DNA of 47,145 bases. Source: Craspedostauros australis. Lineage: Eukaryota. The stretch covers positions 1 to 47,145 of the forward strand of contig JALAGF010003024.1 in assembly GCA_030167865.1 (NCBI GenBank), in the 5' to 3' direction. A model generated the notes under the pieces. The model was not told the origin of the DNA, did not search any database, and was given only the letters and a program-made list of their open reading frames with translations. Numbering within the stretch: the stretch's first letter is position 1; each line of letters begins with the position of its first letter. This document shows positions 43,001 to 47,145 of this stretch, piece after piece. The translations under genes and the position numbers were made by a program.

Positions 43001-45591
43001 GCGTGCTGACGTGGGTGGACTGCATCGCACGCCGCGGCTCGCATTCTGCTATTCTGCCCATCGGGTTGGTCCCGTCCGGCATGACGCCGCATGAGGCCAG
43101 GCGACGTTGCGACTTGATGGCGCAGCTTCTTGTCGACTACACGCAGAACTTCACGTCCGGCATCCCACCCAAGGTCCTCATGGGAGCGGAGACGTTGATC
43201 TGCGTCTCCACAGACACCAACATGGGCATGGATTTGTTGCGAGAAACCATCGTGGATATCGCCACCGATTCCAGCCATTCCGTCTTTGATCATGTGGGCA
43301 CCCCCGTTCCGAAGGGAGCCGTTCATGTCTTGGAGGCCGCGCGTCTCTTGAAAGAACGCCACAAGCTCATCCTCGTCGACCATCTGATGGTGGAGCTTCA
43401 CACCATCCTCACGGTGAACGAAGTCGTCGCGTGTTTGCATTTCCTTTCAGCCATCGGTGAGCTGTTCTACTACGGTGATGAAAATGAGGACGTGCTGTCG
43501 CGATACGTCATCCTGTCCCGCAAATGGCTGGTCAGCGCACTGTCCTGCATCTTGCGCAACGACCTGAAACGCGAGCTCGCCGAGACCAGGCAGTTCATGA
43601 ACATGCAATGCTTGTACAGCGACCAGGAGTTTCAGGAGAACCACATCATCCAAACCTTCTCATCGCACAGCTCCAGCTGTCCTCTGTTATCCTCCGTCGA
43701 CACGCTGATGCTGTGGCAGAGCATGAATTTCATGCGCCAGGCGGCAGACAGCACATCCGAGCTGCAGGAGAGTTCCACGACGGAATCGACCATCTTTGGA
43801 TTCTTGGAACGTCTGCTCGTCCAATCCGGAGTGTTCTTCCCGCTCGAGATCGACGATCCCTTCCAAACAAATGACTGCGTCTACTTCGTGCCATCTTTGC
43901 TGGCGACCGCCGACACGAAGGAGATGTGGACGTACAAATCCAGCGATTCCTGGATGACGACGTTGTCGCATTCGTGGCTCTTCCGCGATGGTGCCCCGGT
44001 TGGACTGATGGAGACAGTCACAGTCGGATTGCTGCATGATCTGTACGAATTCTCGCGAACCGTATCCAGCAGGCCGTTCGATCAGCACCAGCATCACCAC
44101 CACCAGCAGTACCTGCATGATTCGCGCAATTCCCGCAACCTGAACCGATCCAGCACATTCCCATTCGCACAGAATTCGCTGACAGACTTCGTCACATCTC
44201 ACGATGATGGCGAACCGATCGGGAACATCAAGATCCATCAGATCATGTGCTGGAAATTCAGCATCATGGTCAAGATCAGCTGCGTCTTCCCCGACGGAGA
44301 CTCGTTACGGGAGTCCTTCGTGGAGATCTTCATCACTATCGCGGACCAATCGTCACCCTACTGCGTCGCATCTGACATCATGAGACCGACGATGCAGCGT
44401 CTGATCGTGAGCGGAAAGGGTCAGGTTGGACATCATGGCATCAAGTTATGGAAGGGAGGATATTCCCTTGTGCTGGACTCCATCAAGGCCAGTCTCGCCA
44501 ACTGCACCAACGTCGATCGGCAAGTCGTCTGCCCCGAGTGCTTGGCCCACGCGCACCCCAGCGGTGCGAGCACGTGGAGCTGGGATAGCGTCAGAGCGGC
44601 TGCAACCAGCGGTTCCTCCACCATCCGCTGCATGCGCGGCCACCGAGTCGATGCCAACATGGTGTGCGGAACCTGCCGCCCCGTGTTATCGGAACTCCAC
44701 GCTGGCGCAGGAGCTGGTCATTCCATCACAAAGAAATCCGTGTGCGACCTGCTCCCGTCCGTCGTCGTGGTCGCATTGTGGGATGCCGACACGCAGTGCT
44801 TCCGCAACGTCGGTTCTGGATTCGTGGTGGATCGCAAGTACGGCCTGGTCGTGACGGCCGGGCATATCCTGTTCAACATGGTGCCGGGGCATGACTTTGG
44901 AGCCCCGTACTTTGGCTTGAAGAACACGAAGATCGCCGTCGGTATCATCCCAGGGGGATGCGCCGGCGACGAGAACACCGCCGACAAGACCGCATTCTTC
45001 CGATACTTCGCTGAGATCGTTGCCAGCGACATCCACAGAGTTGATGCGTGCGTGCTGAAGATCACAACGCGCATGGAGAACGACGTCGCAAGCGACGCGC
45101 AGATCGCGACGCAATCGGAGACGTTGGTGGACTTCCAGAAGGAGGAGCTGGCAGCGTTGAAGATCACGCGGCGGTACGAGCTGGAGGAGACCGTGCGAGT
45201 TCTGGGATTCAACCAGGGCGGCGAAGGATTGCTGGAGCAAGGCAAGCACGTGAACCGTTCCGCCGACTTTGCGAAGGGGTACATCTGCAAACGCTTCACC
45301 GCATCCGACGATCATTCCAACAGCAGCGATGAATCATCCACAAACGGAGGCGAATTCTCTCCGCGAGAAGAGATAGTGATCATGTGCCCCACCATCATTG
45401 GCCACAGTGGAGGAGCGGTCGTCTCGGACGAAGGCAAGGTGATTGGCATCCTAAGTCGTGTGGATCCCGCTGAGAATCATCGGTGTTACCTTGTCCCCGC
45501 CAGCGAGATCAAGATTTTGATCTCTTCCGCCAAGCGGACCGTCAACGCCATGTCCAGATCCGTCGACGCGGTCGATGCCGTTGCTCGTTAA
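40093..45591 (+). CDS. ROCO-family protein: disordered N-terminus, Roc GTPase-like domain, COR, Cys/His cluster, C-terminal trypsin-like serine protease (1832 aa, single exon)
   Basis: Roc: KVVMVGAQTVDKSGL, LGVDV, FSIWDVQG, HPGTQSLFFSDRSLYLLVWDL (from ~42541). COR-like: LHFLSAIGELFYY, YVILSRKWLVSAL, YFVPSLL. CPEC...CMRGH. Protease: GSGFVVD, VVTAGH, VDACVLKI, GHSGGAVVSDEGKVIGI. Confidence 0.88.
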   Translation: MNTPSAQAVVETMPVVTLPQTGADVGVGVPSVSAEPETAAASPQHPPSDPQSQQQPQQPQQQPQQPQPQQPPSSLLRDWAPATVSDGSNAPPVAPAVVLNERSAEHRSSSTGSRTNYPVATFVRSLVRTSVEIRDHIYASAIPATPGGPASSAEAADGLGPLNPGHAGHVANDPLSIRSAPAPMIAALSAATLTSGRSMNQLVTVDDIRLTHLPEDMEAAAHHHPHADNLHGAASISMDEATADFNSGNNSDAHSAEFVLINGDLVEIPAANLAEPDDDDYYSRRRRRYGGYNDDDDNDNDNDNGTQRSDADALPQSCRPRTSRVRRGVKGFKKWIKKIKRKRDKNHQQQQQKQQVQQVQPTRDTSFRQAPDEPMEQQLQQRQLQQQMFDSLRRHPNSSYSEPSGPFAEQSNASLSIATPSHDSASVNISASAVAHAPIQHVMSERSIDSLNIDMMGTSALQTSASTAMPARNALSLGAASSTSALASAAAAIGAARLTSNHSPQRNKKPPPKKEPSKRKKRFSFLRDSESNRKEPPQQLPPTPPPSVQPPEITTTSPSLPQAANSVAAMPPTSFAALPEPASAAAATVAAMPSSAAVAQATTSMLAPAPPPIDITPPQNRRTLYHDGPAAFSMGATASAVPLPPAVASAPAAAAAATSSLDALYEPSSFGASATPDSYPFGLDQAQRVSSVVGEASFIGNADQLLEAGVLPETTMAAEAYIEDRMDDYDKYDKKDGYPYYRSVVPRDADYKVDKSDAPCVDAMLSRADEFANDIEQDMAPIVEPLPLKARGKSDGSTIPLSEATPDDIDVHNDVLKVVMVGAQTVDKSGLARAMRGSTKKPRKRKNLGVDVHMWTPPNKEQVQFSIWDVQGASNDAVKLDGTNFGAHPGTQSLFFSDRSLYLLVWDLAANNPKATRRTLGKSKRNYDDDDSCSSSSDEEDDDEYDDNDYMLEERNRQADRALRSDIEDRVLTWVDCIARRGSHSAILPIGLVPSGMTPHEARRRCDLMAQLLVDYTQNFTSGIPPKVLMGAETLICVSTDTNMGMDLLRETIVDIATDSSHSVFDHVGTPVPKGAVHVLEAARLLKERHKLILVDHLMVELHTILTVNEVVACLHFLSAIGELFYYGDENEDVLSRYVILSRKWLVSALSCILRNDLKRELAETRQFMNMQCLYSDQEFQENHIIQTFSSHSSSCPLLSSVDTLMLWQSMNFMRQAADSTSELQESSTTESTIFGFLERLLVQSGVFFPLEIDDPFQTNDCVYFVPSLLATADTKEMWTYKSSDSWMTTLSHSWLFRDGAPVGLMETVTVGLLHDLYEFSRTVSSRPFDQHQHHHHQQYLHDSRNSRNLNRSSTFPFAQNSLTDFVTSHDDGEPIGNIKIHQIMCWKFSIMVKISCVFPDGDSLRESFVEIFITIADQSSPYCVASDIMRPTMQRLIVSGKGQVGHHGIKLWKGGYSLVLDSIKASLANCTNVDRQVVCPECLAHAHPSGASTWSWDSVRAAATSGSSTIRCMRGHRVDANMVCGTCRPVLSELHAGAGAGHSITKKSVCDLLPSVVVVALWDADTQCFRNVGSGFVVDRKYGLVVTAGHILFNMVPGHDFGAPYFGLKNTKIAVGIIPGGCAGDENTADKTAFFRYFAEIVASDIHRVDACVLKITTRMENDVASDAQIATQSETLVDFQKEELAALKITRRYELEETVRVLGFNQGGEGLLEQGKHVNRSADFAKGYICKRFTASDDHSNSSDESSTNGGEFSPREEIVIMCPTIIGHSGGAVVSDEGKVIGILSRVDPAENHRCYLVPASEIKILISSAKRTVNAMSRSVDAVDAVAR

Positions 45592-45879
45592 TCGCACAGA
45601 GAGGTCGCACACACGAGCGAGGCGACAAGTACGACAATGATCTCGGTCCAGAGCTAACACATGATACACCAACGCATTATGAAATAGCACACACTTATAG
45701 AATAGTCGACGGTGATAGAACTGTTGCACAGTGTTGGGTGTGGGATAGGCTGGTCGAGTGTGCATGGTACGAGCATGAAAATGCAGTAGCGTGGCGGGAC
45801 ACAATGCCAACCCCCAAATTCGTATTACGATGTATTCAGATGCCCGCCGAGGAATTCATCAAGGGTGCGGACAATGCTT

Positions 45880-46968
45880 CTATTTCTTGTTCTTTGGGTT
45901 GTCGTCGTCATCATCATCATCATCATCGTCATCTATCATCGGCAGCCACGAATTCTCGTATTGGTCTTCAAAGCTCTCTTGTATCTTGCTAGCCTGCTCA
46001 TCGAAGAAGCCTTTCTCCTTGTTCCAATCATACCCGGGGATGAATCGTCCTGTAGTTCTGTTCGGATTTGGAATGTATTATGTACGAGTATGGAAGAGTA
46101 AATTTCGTGCAATGCAATGCGCACAATACAATGCGATTGGGTGAATGAGAATACACTCATCAAGATTGTTGTTCGTGGAGTCATCGATAATGCATTTGCG
46201 CCTATCCATCCTTTCATCCACTACATCCGCTTCTTCCATCTCCAGTATTGCATCTGGTAAGACCGTTGATCAGCAAGCTGCCATACGACCATACTCCAAC
46301 ACAAATACAAACAAACGCGCCACGCTTGCTCACCGAGGCGTCGCCATTGCATCCGAGCGCTGACCATCTCCCAATTGCATCTTGCGCTTGGCCACTGCGT
46401 CTTCCGAAAAAAGATCCAGATCCGAATTCATGAACTGGTACATATCCAACGTCTCTTGCACCTTCGCGGTCTGAATCCCTTCAATCCTTGACACACGGTT
46501 GCCGCCGTAGAAGACGTCGTAGGTCGGTATGACCTGCAGGTCGGCCTTGTTGAGGAGGATGTGGGAATTCTCGAATTCTTCGAAGCATCGCAGGAAGACG
46601 GTCGCCGGGTTGCTGCGTGCCAACCGTTCGTACTCGGCCTCGGTGGCGCGGCAATCCTCGCGCAGAGAAGATGTGTACTTGATGACGCAGACGATGCCGT
46701 CGGGACGATTTGGCAAGGCACGAGCGGAGAGCTCCACGATGTTCTGCAGATCATCGTAGTCGCTGATGTCACGCAGCATGAAGTTGGAGTCGCCGCCGTA
46801 GTAGGATTGGGAGTTGTACGTTCCGGCCATCCTCTCGTGCAGCGTCGTGTCAGAACGCGCCCGCACTTGCATGTTGCTGTTGCTGTTGCTGCTACTGCTG
46901 ATGCATGGTTGGAATGCATGGCACAGCAACGGCATGCATGAGAGGAGGGAGAGGATTGGCAACTTCAT
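45880..46968 (-). CDS. Plastid-targeted thioredoxin-fold protein without a CxxC motif; exons 46968-46334, 46057-45880 (~270 aa)
   Basis: Signal plus ASAF-like motif CHA-FQP. VCVIKYTSSLREDC...VFLRC...IPTYDVFYGGNRV follows the Trx-fold pattern. The ORF-track stop lies inside donor CG|GTGAGC. Acceptor AACAG at 46058 gives in-frame RTTGRFIPGYDWNKEKGFFDE...DDDDNPKNKK*. Confidence 0.78.
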
Positions 46969-47063
46969 ACTCCTACCGTCCAGTGTTCACGTCTGTCTTC
47001 CGTCGCTTATCGTCTCCACTCTTGTCCTTTGTGAAGATACTTGTTGTGGCTTGTATCCTTGTG

Positions 47064-47064
<1 letters not shown>

Positions 47065-47145
<81 letters not shown>
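47065..47145. repeat. (GTT)n microsatellite, about 27 copies, running off the window end
   Basis: Perfect trinucleotide run ~100 bp upstream of the minus-strand thioredoxin-like ATG. Confidence 0.97.

Noticed and set aside
47065-47145. Terminal repeat considered as a telomere
   Set aside because: The unit is GTT, not a TTAGGG-like telomeric repeat.

Overview
Eukaryotic nuclear DNA, most likely from a diatom. This is an inference from GT-AG introns, bipartite plastid-targeting presequences with an ASAF-like cleavage motif, RXL and KxxK biosilica-type motifs, and a TM-PT-LRR receptor-like gene. About 14 protein-coding genes can be supported: a CXXC/PHD chromatin reader, a 3-exon riboflavin enzyme with GTP cyclohydrolase II N-terminal to DHBP synthase (reverse of the usual RibBA order), a small tail-anchored ORF, a type II membrane sulfotransferase-like protein, a large LRR membrane protein, a TspO-like membrane protein, mitochondrial processing peptidase alpha, five tandem paralogs, a Roc-COR protein and a plastid thioredoxin-fold protein. 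Two elements stand out. (1) A ~17 kb head-to-tail array (21690-38576, minus strand) of five spliced type I membrane protein genes that the ORF track shows only as fragments. Each has a signal peptide, an RXL motif, a Lys/Ser/Gly-rich silaffin-like segment, a phase-1 intron, a Pro/Thr stalk, a conserved ~125-aa luminal domain, one TM helix and an acidic cytoplasmic tail with shared motifs. (2) An 1832-aa ROCO-type protein lacking LRRs and kinase, ending in a trypsin-like serine protease with an apparently intact His-Asp-Ser triad. No rRNA, tRNA, CRISPR array or recognisable transposon was seen. Exon boundaries were read by eye and need transcript confirmation.
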